Below are positions 18,915 through 26,780 of a stretch of DNA of 64,000 nucleotides, in pieces (position 1 is the first letter of the stretch; each line of letters opens with the position of its first letter). A program made the translations under genes and the position numbers. A model generated the notes under the pieces. That model was not told where the DNA came from. It did no database searches and saw only the letters and a program-made list of their open reading frames with translations. The stretch lies in the NCBI GenBank assembly GCA_036652795.1, contig JAVVVD010000004.1:114603-178602 (forward strand), written 5' to 3'. Source of the stretch: Clostridia bacterium. GTDB taxonomy: Bacteria > Bacillota > Clostridia > Christensenellales > CAG-138.

Positions 18915-18943
18915 TTGTCAAGCGCTGGCAAAGCTGCTATAAT
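18915..18943 (+). promoter_or_regulatory. Sigma-70/SigA-type promoter for the ModE-like gene
   Basis: TTGTCA, a 17-nt spacer, then TATAAT with an upstream TGc (extended -10). It lies 34 nt before the AGGAGG RBS/ATG at 18977. Confidence 0.55.
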
Positions 18944-18976
18944 GATGCATAGATTTTCAGTATCAGGAGGTGTACC

Positions 18977-19321
18977 ATGGCCAATTCGGATGAGCTCAGC
19001 TACAGGCTGGCCGTAAGAATATTCAGAGGCGAAAAATGCTTTGGCCCTGGACTTGCTCAGCTTTTGCGCAAGGTAAGCATCTCAAAATCATTGCGCAGCG
19101 CCTCCACACAGATGCACATGGCCTACTCAAAGGCATGGCGCATAGTTAAAGAATCCGAAACCGCTCTGGGCTTTGCTCTGCTATCCTCCCAAACTGGCGG
19201 TAAAAACGGCGGTGGCGCGGCGCTTACTCCGCAGGCCGATGAGCTGCTGGCACATTATGATGCGTTTCTACATGAGCTTGGTATACTTGCAGACGAGCTG
19301 TTTGAAAAGCATTTCGGGTGA
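18977..19321 (+). CDS. ModE N-terminal-like winged-helix (LysR-type HTH) small regulator
   Basis: 114 aa. The segment GPGLAQLLRKVSISKSLRSASTQMHMAYSKAWRIVKESE...GGKNGGGAALTPQADELL resembles the ModE DNA-binding domain. There is no Mop/molybdate-binding domain. Confidence 0.65.
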   Translation: MANSDELSYRLAVRIFRGEKCFGPGLAQLLRKVSISKSLRSASTQMHMAYSKAWRIVKESETALGFALLSSQTGGKNGGGAALTPQADELLAHYDAFLHELGILADELFEKHFG

Positions 19322-19374
19322 TTGACATATAAATAGATCTATTATGGTGCCTACGACCGGTTTTCCGTATAGCC

Positions 19375-20052
19375 CTATTGCGCAAAATATTCGAATCTAT
19401 CAAAGAAGCCGCAGATAACAACAATGCAATATGGGCTTAGGGTACATATATTCAGCAAGCACTTGCTGCCATTAGAATGCGCTTCATCATAAAGCTTTTG
19501 CGTAAATATTGGAATCAGCTTTTTAAATGCTATATAAACAGCATAGCCTAAAATTACTCCAATGGTATTTAAGATTAAGTCGTCAATATCGGTTTCCCGG
19601 CACAAAAACAGCTGCGTGCATTCTATAAGCAGCGAAACCAAAAAGCCATACAGAACTGTCGCCTTAAATCTTCCAAGCTTAGGATACAATAACGGAATAA
19701 AAAATCCAAGCGGGCCAAACATCAGGATATTCCCAGCGATGTTGATAAGTGCAAACAGCATATCTCCCCCCATCAGGATTTTTTTAATCCCTGCAAAAGG
19801 TATGAGACTTATTTGCTCAATTCTAATATCCGTATGAAAGCCGCTCATAGGAGAAACTCCTGTAAGTGAAAATACGACCAGCATCGCTGTTCCAAACAAA
19901 ATAAGAGCCGCATTGTACATTGAAATAATTTTTGTGTGTTTTCTGCGTGTATTGACCAGCACCGCAACGATAATAATCGCTAAATTCAACAAAACGTCTC
20001 TTGTAAGTATCTGCATAAGCTTCACCATAATGACTATAAATTGTGCTTTCAC
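19375..20052 (-). CDS. VanZ-family membrane protein
   Basis: LLIECTQLFLCRETDIDDLILNTIGVILGY matches the VanZ core. The start codon is uncertain: GTG at 20052 has no RBS and there are internal ATG alternatives. GC is visibly lower than in the neighbours. Confidence 0.65.
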   Translation of the reverse strand: MKAQFIVIMVKLMQILTRDVLLNLAIIIVAVLVNTRRKHTKIISMYNAALILFGTAMLVVFSLTGVSPMSGFHTDIRIEQISLIPFAGIKKILMGGDMLFALINIAGNILMFGPLGFFIPLLYPKLGRFKATVLYGFLVSLLIECTQLFLCRETDIDDLILNTIGVILGYAVYIAFKKLIPIFTQKLYDEAHSNGSKCLLNICTLSPYCIVVICGFFDRFEYFAQ

Positions 20053-20113
20053 AAAACCGCCGTTATACGCTTTTATTATGCTTTAGCGCAGCGGCGGTTT
20101 AGCTTTAAACATT

Positions 20114-20974
20114 TTAGCCTTTGATTATCGTATCATACACGCCCTGCAAATCCTCTTTTGAGAAATACTCGATTATCACCCTGCCGCGCGTTTCGTTGCC
20201 CACAATGCTGACCTTCGTGCCAAGTCGGTTGCGCAAGCGCTCCTCCGCCGCCACAAGATCGCTGTTTACCGGCTTTGGCTTATCCTGCTTTGGTTTTTCG
20301 ATTTTCGCTTCAGCCAGCGCCTTCACCTTTGCCTCAGCATCGCGCACCGATAGACCTCTGCCGGCTATTTCGCCCGCAAGTTTTATTATGGCCGTCTCAT
20401 CCTTTAGTGCGGCAAGCGCACGTGCGTGTCCTGCCTGAAGTCTGCCATCCCTCAGCATATCCTGCACAGCATCCGGCAGATTCAAAAGCCGTACCGCATT
20501 GGCTATTGCCGGCCTGCTCTTAGAGAGGCGTGTTGCTACCTCTTCCTGCGTCAAGTCGTGCTGCTGCATTAGAAAGCGTATTGCGGCGGCCTCCTCGATT
20601 GGGTTTAGATCCTCGCGCTGTATATTCTCTACCAGCGCTACCTCCATCACCTCAGCATCCTCCATATCGCGCACCACCAGCGGCACGCTGGACATACCGG
20701 CTATTCGCGCCGCGCGGAACCTGCGCTCACCCGCGATTATCGTATAGCGCTCACCATTGCGCCGCGCTATAATCGGCTGTACCATGCCGTGCCGCTCTAT
20801 TGAAGCGGCCAGTTCGCTCAGCTTGTCCTCATCAAAGGTTTTGCGCGGCTGATCCAGATTTGTATCTACAAGGTATACGTCCACCTGTTGCACCCCTGCG
20901 GCGGCAGGCTCCACCGTATAATCCCCAAGCAACGCATCCAGTCCGCGCCCAAGTCCCTTTTTTACAGCCATCAT
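20114..20974 (-). CDS. parB: Chromosome partitioning protein ParB/Spo0J
   Basis: Contains GLGRGLDALL, QPRKTFDEDKLSELAASIERHGMVQPII and IIAGERRFRAARIAG plus an HTH region. It overlaps the parA stop. Confidence 0.9.
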   Translation of the reverse strand: MMAVKKGLGRGLDALLGDYTVEPAAAGVQQVDVYLVDTNLDQPRKTFDEDKLSELAASIERHGMVQPIIARRNGERYTIIAGERRFRAARIAGMSSVPLVVRDMEDAEVMEVALVENIQREDLNPIEEAAAIRFLMQQHDLTQEEVATRLSKSRPAIANAVRLLNLPDAVQDMLRDGRLQAGHARALAALKDETAIIKLAGEIAGRGLSVRDAEAKVKALAEAKIEKPKQDKPKPVNSDLVAAEERLRNRLGTKVSIVGNETRGRVIIEYFSKEDLQGVYDTIIKG

Positions 20975-21741
20975 CGATTACCATCCTTTGCAATAAGCTC
21001 CTCAGCAAGCGCCGCATATGCCTTTGCCCCAGCACATCCATTATCGTACATGCTTATTGGCAAACCAAAACTGGGCGCTTCGCCAAGGCGGATAGAGCGC
21101 GGGATTATGGTGCTGTACACTTTATTTTTGAAGAATTTTTTAACTTCCTGCACAACCTGCGACGAGAGATTGGTGCGTGCATCAAACATGGTAAGCACCA
21201 CGCCCTCAACGTTTAGCTGAGGATTCAGGTGCGCGCTCACAAGCTTAACGGTGTTCATCAGATCCGAAAGCCCCTCCAGCGCGTAGTATTCGCACTGTAT
21301 AGGCGCAAGCAGCGTATCCGCCGCCGTAAGCGCATTTATGGTAAGCAGCCCAAGTGAAGGCGGGCAGTCTATAAACATATAGTCGAAATCCGCGCGCAAT
21401 GTATCCAGCGCATTCTTTAGCACATGCTCGCGCGCCATAACGTTTACCAGCTCAACCTCCGCACCTGAAAGCTCCTTGCGCGCAGGCAGCAGCTTTACCC
21501 CTTGCGCAACCGTGTCACAGCACACCTTGCGCGCCGCCACGCCGTTTATTATCATGTCGTACACGCTATACTCAGGCTTATCCTTATCCACGCCTAGGCC
21601 ACTCGTTGTGTTGCCCTGTGGATCTATATCCACGCACAGCACGCGTTTACCGCGTTCCGCTACGCAAGCCGCAAGGTTAACGGTCGTTGTGGTTTTGCCC
21701 ACGCCGCCCTTTTGATTGGCTACCGCGATTATTTTTGCCAC
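20971..21741 (-). CDS. parA: Chromosome partitioning ATPase ParA/Soj
   Basis: Deviant Walker A in IIAVANQKGGVGKTTTTVNLA. GTG start after GGGGGGT. Confidence 0.95.
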   Translation of the reverse strand: MAKIIAVANQKGGVGKTTTTVNLAACVAERGKRVLCVDIDPQGNTTSGLGVDKDKPEYSVYDMIINGVAARKVCCDTVAQGVKLLPARKELSGAEVELVNVMAREHVLKNALDTLRADFDYMFIDCPPSLGLLTINALTAADTLLAPIQCEYYALEGLSDLMNTVKLVSAHLNPQLNVEGVVLTMFDARTNLSSQVVQEVKKFFKNKVYSTIIPRSIRLGEAPSFGLPISMYDNGCAGAKAYAALAEELIAKDGNR

Positions 21742-21903
21742 TAAAATACCCCCCGTTATCTAAAAACTGATTTGTTCAATAATCCTATCTGCTCCGGTAA
21801 ATAATTATATAACATGCTGCTCTCAAAGACAATGTGATGTTTCATGTAAGCTTGTGTCAAAGTAGGCGCATCCATTATAATGCAGCAAGGGTTAAACGTA
21901 TAT

Positions 21904-21919
21904 TGTTTCATGTGAAACA
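21904..21919. promoter_or_regulatory. parS-like ParB binding site (15/16 to TGTTTCACGTGAAACA)
   Basis: TGTTTCATGTGAAACA, 160 bp upstream of the soj start. Confidence 0.65.
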
Positions 21920-21985
21920 ATCCTGCATATGAGGTCTTAGTATATTGGGAAAAGGATGGTGTTCTTTATTTGAAACGAGCTTATT

Positions 21986-22258
21986 GTGAGGGAATTCTTC
22001 GATGCTGAAAACACGAGAAGCCGGGATAGATACGTGACCTTTCTCCACCAGGGCGTTGAACGGGAGTTGTTTTCAAGCGGCGGCCCACAGGTGATAACAT
22101 GTGTGCGTGCCTATATGGCCAGGATAACAGCGGCGTACAGCGGCAGCTCAGCCACATTCGAGCGTGTCCAGATGCACATAAGCGAATCCGGCAAACGCAT
22201 AGCGTCGCTGCCGGCAAATAACCTTGGCGAGCGCTCGCTGGATATATTCGATTTTTAA
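21986..22258 (+). CDS. Hypothetical 90-aa ORF (GTG start, no clear RBS), weak call
   Basis: This is the only plausible-looking ORF in the 760-bp gap. Its composition resembles nearby genes, but I recognise no family and see no SD sequence. Confidence 0.25.
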   Translation: MREFFDAENTRSRDRYVTFLHQGVERELFSSGGPQVITCVRAYMARITAAYSGSSATFERVQMHISESGKRIASLPANNLGERSLDIFDF

Positions 22259-22426
22259 AGCGGCCTTATAGTTTACGAGTGGGAATTTATAATGGAATAA
22301 ACAGGGTGCGTTAAATTTACCTGCCGCTAAAATCACTGGCGGACAATAGCCGCCGCTACAGGCCGGCATATATTGCAGCTTTGATTTGTTGAAGTGAATA
22401 TATGTGTGGAGCGTATTGCGCGTCCT

Positions 22427-22470
22427 CATAAAAATCATAAAGAGGCTCGGGAGTTTTCCCCGCGCCTCTT
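22427..22470 (-). terminator. Rho-independent terminator after the methyltransferase gene
   Basis: AAGAGGCTCGGG-agtttt-CCCCGCGCCTCTT, 12 bp with one mismatch. On the minus strand it is followed by TTATGATTTTTATG. Confidence 0.6.
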
Positions 22471-22487
22471 TCTGTTTCAGCCATAGA

Positions 22488-22503
22488 TGTTTCACATGAA
22501 ACA
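22488..22503. promoter_or_regulatory. parS-like site, inverted copy of the site at 21904
   Basis: TGTTTCACATGAAACA (15/16), the exact reverse complement of the first site. It abuts the stop codon of the 22505-24043 gene. Confidence 0.65.
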
Positions 22504-22504
22504 A

Positions 22505-24043
22505 TTATTGTATCTTCAATATAAATATACCCGGCATCAGTCCGCCGGCGCCCGTGCGCGCCTCGGTCATAAGCTTGAGCTGCGGGCGCTCGCGCACCAG
22601 CTTTTTGAGCAGCGTGAATTCCATCGTGTACAGCAGCGCCGTGCCGCCCTTTTTGACCCATAGCGGCAAACGATCAAGCAGACCGGCATACAGCCGCTCG
22701 TTGGCCGCATGTGTGCCCACCCTGTTGCCAAACGGTAAGTTGGCTATCACCTCGTCGTATTGCCTGTTAGCTTCAAAGCGCAAGCAATCATTTACTATGA
22801 ATTTAGCGCAGCTGCCCGCAAGCTGTGCATTCTCTCTTGCTATATCTATCGCCTTATGCACTATATCCACACCCGTAAGCGATGCGCAATCCGTAAGCTT
22901 GCCGCGCTCGATGAGGAATGTGCCGCTGCCGCAGCATGGGTCCAGCACGCGCGCATCAGGCGAAAGATAATCTCGCGCATAGCGTAGCACCGCAGCCGCG
23001 GTAGCAGGATGCATCGAAGCCGGCAGCGCGCCGGCGCGGTAATCAAAGCGCGCGTCCGGAATTGTAAACAGTTTGGCGAATACATTCATGCCGCCGTTTC
23101 TAAGCTGTTCAAGGCGTAGCTCCACCTCGTAGTTGCTGGGCGAGTTTATCAGTATATCGCCATCCAGCAGCGAAGCAAGCTCGCGCGCAAACGCGCCCCT
23201 GTCCATTTCACTACGCAGTTCTATTCGGTAACCAAAGGGAGGCTTTCCGTCATGCGCGCCAAGCAAAAGTTCCTGTAGTTGTTGCTTTACCCTTATTGCA
23301 ATCGCCTTTGGCGTTGGGGCAATGTCTCGTGCCAACACGAACAGCAGCTCAGTAAAGCTACGTGCGCCCATCAGCCCAATCGCCTCCTGTGATTGCAGTT
23401 CAACGCAGTCCTGCGCAATTTTTTGCGGCACAATGTGCATAAGGCCAAGCTCGTATGCAAGTGAATCTGCAAGTTTATCCGGCGTGCGCAGCATCAGCTC
23501 GTATGGTTTATCCAAGCCGGTAAAAGTATGCTTGTCCAGCTCGAAAAAAGATTTTCGCGCGCTGGCAAACGCCTCACGCTCCTCTTTTTCATGCTTTGCT
23601 TCTCCTTCATTTGCAGCCGCAGGCACCTCATAGGCCAGTATAACACCCCTTGCGTCCTCGCCACCCAGCGCGCCCAGCGCCAGCAGCATGGATGGGCGAA
23701 CAAAGCGCGTCTGCTCCGCATTAAGCGCAGCTATCAGCGGGTGAACATCCCGCATATCATGCAATTCACCTGCAAGGCGCGCGGCATTTTTGCGCATCTT
23801 CGGTTCGTCTGAAGTGAGCGCCGTATGCAGCGCCGCACGCTCATCTCCAAGCAATGCATTCATGCTCTGCTTAAAATCCTGTTTCTTTGCACAGCGGCAC
23901 AGAAAGGCCGCCGCCGCCGAATCGTTTTCGCAAAATAACGCCCACGCCGCATCAAAAGCGGCAGGGGCGTTCTGCATCAGTTTTTCGGAGCCGTTAGGCT
24001 GTCCAAGTATGTTTTTAACCTGTGCGCAGTCCAGCTTTATCAT
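22505..24043 (-). CDS. HEAT-repeat + THUMP-like + class I SAM-dependent (UPF0020/RlmL-like) methyltransferase
   Basis: The N-terminus has HEAT-like repeats (KMRKNAARLAGELHDMRDVHPLIAALN...MLLALGALGGEDA). SAM motif I is VLDPCCGSGTFLIE and motif IV is VIANLPFGNRVG. The start overlaps the murG stop (ATGA). Confidence 0.75.
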   Translation of the reverse strand: MIKLDCAQVKNILGQPNGSEKLMQNAPAAFDAAWALFCENDSAAAAFLCRCAKKQDFKQSMNALLGDERAALHTALTSDEPKMRKNAARLAGELHDMRDVHPLIAALNAEQTRFVRPSMLLALGALGGEDARGVILAYEVPAAANEGEAKHEKEEREAFASARKSFFELDKHTFTGLDKPYELMLRTPDKLADSLAYELGLMHIVPQKIAQDCVELQSQEAIGLMGARSFTELLFVLARDIAPTPKAIAIRVKQQLQELLLGAHDGKPPFGYRIELRSEMDRGAFARELASLLDGDILINSPSNYEVELRLEQLRNGGMNVFAKLFTIPDARFDYRAGALPASMHPATAAAVLRYARDYLSPDARVLDPCCGSGTFLIERGKLTDCASLTGVDIVHKAIDIARENAQLAGSCAKFIVNDCLRFEANRQYDEVIANLPFGNRVGTHAANERLYAGLLDRLPLWVKKGGTALLYTMEFTLLKKLVRERPQLKLMTEARTGAGGLMPGIFILKIQ

Positions 24044-25128
24044 CTGCGTTTCCTCTTATCCTTCCCCGCCTCAGCGGCCTCGCGTATAACGGCAAGCACC
24101 TCGTCCGTGCCATCCGCCAGTGGTTCGCTGCTCATAGCCGATATGAACGAAAGACGTCTATCGTAAAGATCGTTAACGGTATCCAGCAGCGTGTTGGCCG
24201 TAAGTTTCCCCTGTTCAAGTACCATGGCATAGCCTTTACGTGCAAAATAGCCTGCGTTTAATATCTGATCTCCCCTGCTTGCCGAAAGCGGCAACGGCAC
24301 AAGCAGCGCTGGCTTAGCGAGCGCAAGAAATTCAAACACCGCGTTTGCGCCCGCCCGCGATACAACTATATCCGTAGCCGCAAGCACATCCGGTAGTTCC
24401 TGCGACATATATTCATATTGTGCGTATCCGGCACGGTCGGCTGATTTATCAACCTTGCCTTTGCCGCACAGATGCACAACATCAAACGTAAATAGCAGCT
24501 TTTCAATCGAGCTGCGTACCGCGTCGTTTATTGCGTTAGAGCCAAGGCTGCCACCCATTATCAGCAGCAGCGGCTTTTCTCCGTCAAAGCCGACTGTCGC
24601 AAGCCCGCGTTCCGCGTCCCCGTTATACAGCTCAGGCCGTATGGGTGTGCCTGTATGCACGCCCTTTTTGCCCACAAATTGCAACGTATCCTCAAAGGTA
24701 ACGCATATTCTGTCCGCATAGTGGGCGCTAATCCTGTTGGCAAGGCCGGGGGTATAATCCGATTCGTGCGTCACCACAGGTGCCCGGTTATGCGCAGCCA
24801 GCACCACCGGAACTGATACAAAGCCACCCTTTGAAAATACTACATCGGGTTTTACCTGTTTTAATATTCTGCGGGATTGTGATATGCCGCGCAGCACCTT
24901 GAATGGCATAAATATGGTTTTAAATGAAAAATACCTGCGAAGTTTACCTGCGCTTATCTCGTGGTATGTTACATCCTCCCGTCCGCCGACCAGCTCCTTT
25001 TCTATCCCGTCCGCTGTGCCGATATAGTGGATTGAGTAGCCCTCTGATATAAGCTGAGGAAGCAGAGCCAAGTTCGGATTAACATGCCCCGCGCTGCCGC
25101 CGCCAGTAAGCAATATGGTTTTGGTCAT
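24040..25128 (-). CDS. murG: UDP-GlcNAc:undecaprenyl-PP-MurNAc-pentapeptide GlcNAc transferase
   Basis: I place the start at MTKTILLTGGGSAGHVNPNLAL (G-loop 1). GGSLGS and RAGANAVFE motifs are present. Confidence 0.9.
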   Translation of the reverse strand: MTKTILLTGGGSAGHVNPNLALLPQLISEGYSIHYIGTADGIEKELVGGREDVTYHEISAGKLRRYFSFKTIFMPFKVLRGISQSRRILKQVKPDVVFSKGGFVSVPVVLAAHNRAPVVTHESDYTPGLANRISAHYADRICVTFEDTLQFVGKKGVHTGTPIRPELYNGDAERGLATVGFDGEKPLLLIMGGSLGSNAINDAVRSSIEKLLFTFDVVHLCGKGKVDKSADRAGYAQYEYMSQELPDVLAATDIVVSRAGANAVFEFLALAKPALLVPLPLSASRGDQILNAGYFARKGYAMVLEQGKLTANTLLDTVNDLYDRRLSFISAMSSEPLADGTDEVLAVIREAAEAGKDKRKRR

Positions 25129-25294
25129 AAAAAAGCCTTTCAAACAGTCTATGTCGCTCAACCACATAATATGCGAAAAAGCGTTGTTTCGTTAGTATAA
25201 CACCTGCGCGATGGCATAGCAACCGTTGTAAGTTTGTCCTTACATATGGTATTATACAGTATAATATTAATAGGGAAATAATGGAGGTATGGCT

Positions 25295-26644
25295 ATGCGC
25301 GAGCTTTCATCCTGCTCCTGCCGCGAGGGTGTGGAAACGCTGTTTTCGCTTCTTGGCAGGCTGACGATTATCAGGGATGCGCCGGGCGCTCCGCTGGATC
25401 GATTGATGCAGCTTACGTGCGCGTTTAGCGCGGGCGACGCCGCCCTGTGTGAACACCGCTATCACGCGCTTACCACAAGCTTACTCTGCTGCCCTGCCCG
25501 CCGCGTCAGCGGTGACTTATGGCGGGATTATGTGTTGTATCTTGTGGTACAGCAGCCCAACGCCTTTTCGCTCATGGCAGCGGCACAGCGCGTCGACGAT
25601 GAGGTGGTATTCGCCATGAAGCACGATTTAGAAGCGCTGCACGTGTTGTTTCGCCTTACCGACAAGCAGCTTGTGCGCATGGCGCAGGAGCGAAAAAGCG
25701 AGCTTAAGCAAAAATCAAAGCAGGGACACGACAGCATATCGCTTATGTCAACAGCTGTATGGTCAGGCTCTGCGCCACTCGTTCCGGCGGTGGAAACGCC
25801 ATATGCACAGTATGAAACGCCGCTGTGTCCCATTGACTTTGAATGGGCGCAATGGCATTACGGCGAAGCTGAGCTGCGAGGTAGCTATGTTGCCGACGAA
25901 GCGCTGGAGGAGGTCTATATGCGGCTCATCAGCGCGGAATCCTGGCGCGGCATGACGCAGGATCTTTGGAACTTTTTTGCGGCCTATGGCTGCGGTGATT
26001 TTCTAAGATATCGTCTGTTTGATTATCAATCCGGCACGCTCATTCCGCTTATCGATAGCATAGCCGCACCGCTTTCAGGATCGCTGTACGATGATGAGCG
26101 CGCTCAACTTATGGATAACACCATACGATTCATGCGCGGAGAATGTGCGGACAACGTGCTTATAACCGGCGGCGGCGGCACCGGCAAAACGGCCCAGGTG
26201 CTCTCGCTTGCCTATGAGCTCCCTGAGGTGCGCCTTGTACGGCTTAACGGTGTTGATCCCGGCAACATAACGGCGCTGCTTTGTCAGCTTGCCGACCAGC
26301 CGTTTAAGATAATATTGCTGCTGGACAACATGGATTTTGAGTCTGCGCAGATTCGTCAGGCCGTAAGCAGACTTTGCGCCTGCGGCGCACGACCCGATAA
26401 TGTGCTTGTATACGCCACTGCACGCGATGGCGATGCGGCATTTCCGCTTAAGCTGCATCTGCCTTGGTTGCAACTTACACCATTTGTAAACCTGGTAATC
26501 GAGCTTCTGCTTGCCGGCGGCATAGCCGCAGACGCAATGCAGGCGCGCGCGCTGTCGTTGGATGCGCAGGTGGATTCCCGCGATAATCTCTCATTCGCGC
26601 TTGCGCAGCGGGTGGCGCAGCAATATCGCAGTACGCTAATATAA
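25295..26644 (+). CDS. DUF815-like P-loop ATPase of unknown function
   Basis: Walker A in NVLITGGGGTGKTAQV, a Walker-B-like IILLLDNMDFES, and NVLVYATARDG, which together follow the DUF815 pattern. The N-terminal ~280 aa have no domain I recognise. I use the second ATG, which sits after GGAGGT. Confidence 0.6.
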   Translation: MRELSSCSCREGVETLFSLLGRLTIIRDAPGAPLDRLMQLTCAFSAGDAALCEHRYHALTTSLLCCPARRVSGDLWRDYVLYLVVQQPNAFSLMAAAQRVDDEVVFAMKHDLEALHVLFRLTDKQLVRMAQERKSELKQKSKQGHDSISLMSTAVWSGSAPLVPAVETPYAQYETPLCPIDFEWAQWHYGEAELRGSYVADEALEEVYMRLISAESWRGMTQDLWNFFAAYGCGDFLRYRLFDYQSGTLIPLIDSIAAPLSGSLYDDERAQLMDNTIRFMRGECADNVLITGGGGTGKTAQVLSLAYELPEVRLVRLNGVDPGNITALLCQLADQPFKIILLLDNMDFESAQIRQAVSRLCACGARPDNVLVYATARDGDAAFPLKLHLPWLQLTPFVNLVIELLLAGGIAADAMQARALSLDAQVDSRDNLSFALAQRVAQQYRSTLI

Positions 26645-26780
26645 CAATAATCACAATCAATATGGTTTTTATTCAGATGCTTTAATATCGCTTAATAAAC
26701 GCGCCATGCATAGGAATTGTTGATGCAATCGCGCAGATGTTATGCTATAATTGAGGATGCTATTTTAGGGAGGTATGCCT

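Noticed and set aside
21838-21853. A third parS-like sequence, TGTTTCATGTAAGCTT. A parS half-site, TGTTTCACG, also occurs at about 38251-38259 in the rsmG 5' end.
   Set aside because: Only about 10/16 positions match, with one intact half-site. That is insufficient for ParB dimer binding by the usual criteria.
26645-26780. Looked for a T-box leader upstream of cysS.
   Set aside because: The spacer is only ~135 nt, with no specifier-loop/T-box (AATTAGGGTGGTACCGCG-like) sequence. The only signal is an extended -10 candidate (TGcTATAAT at 26742-26750).
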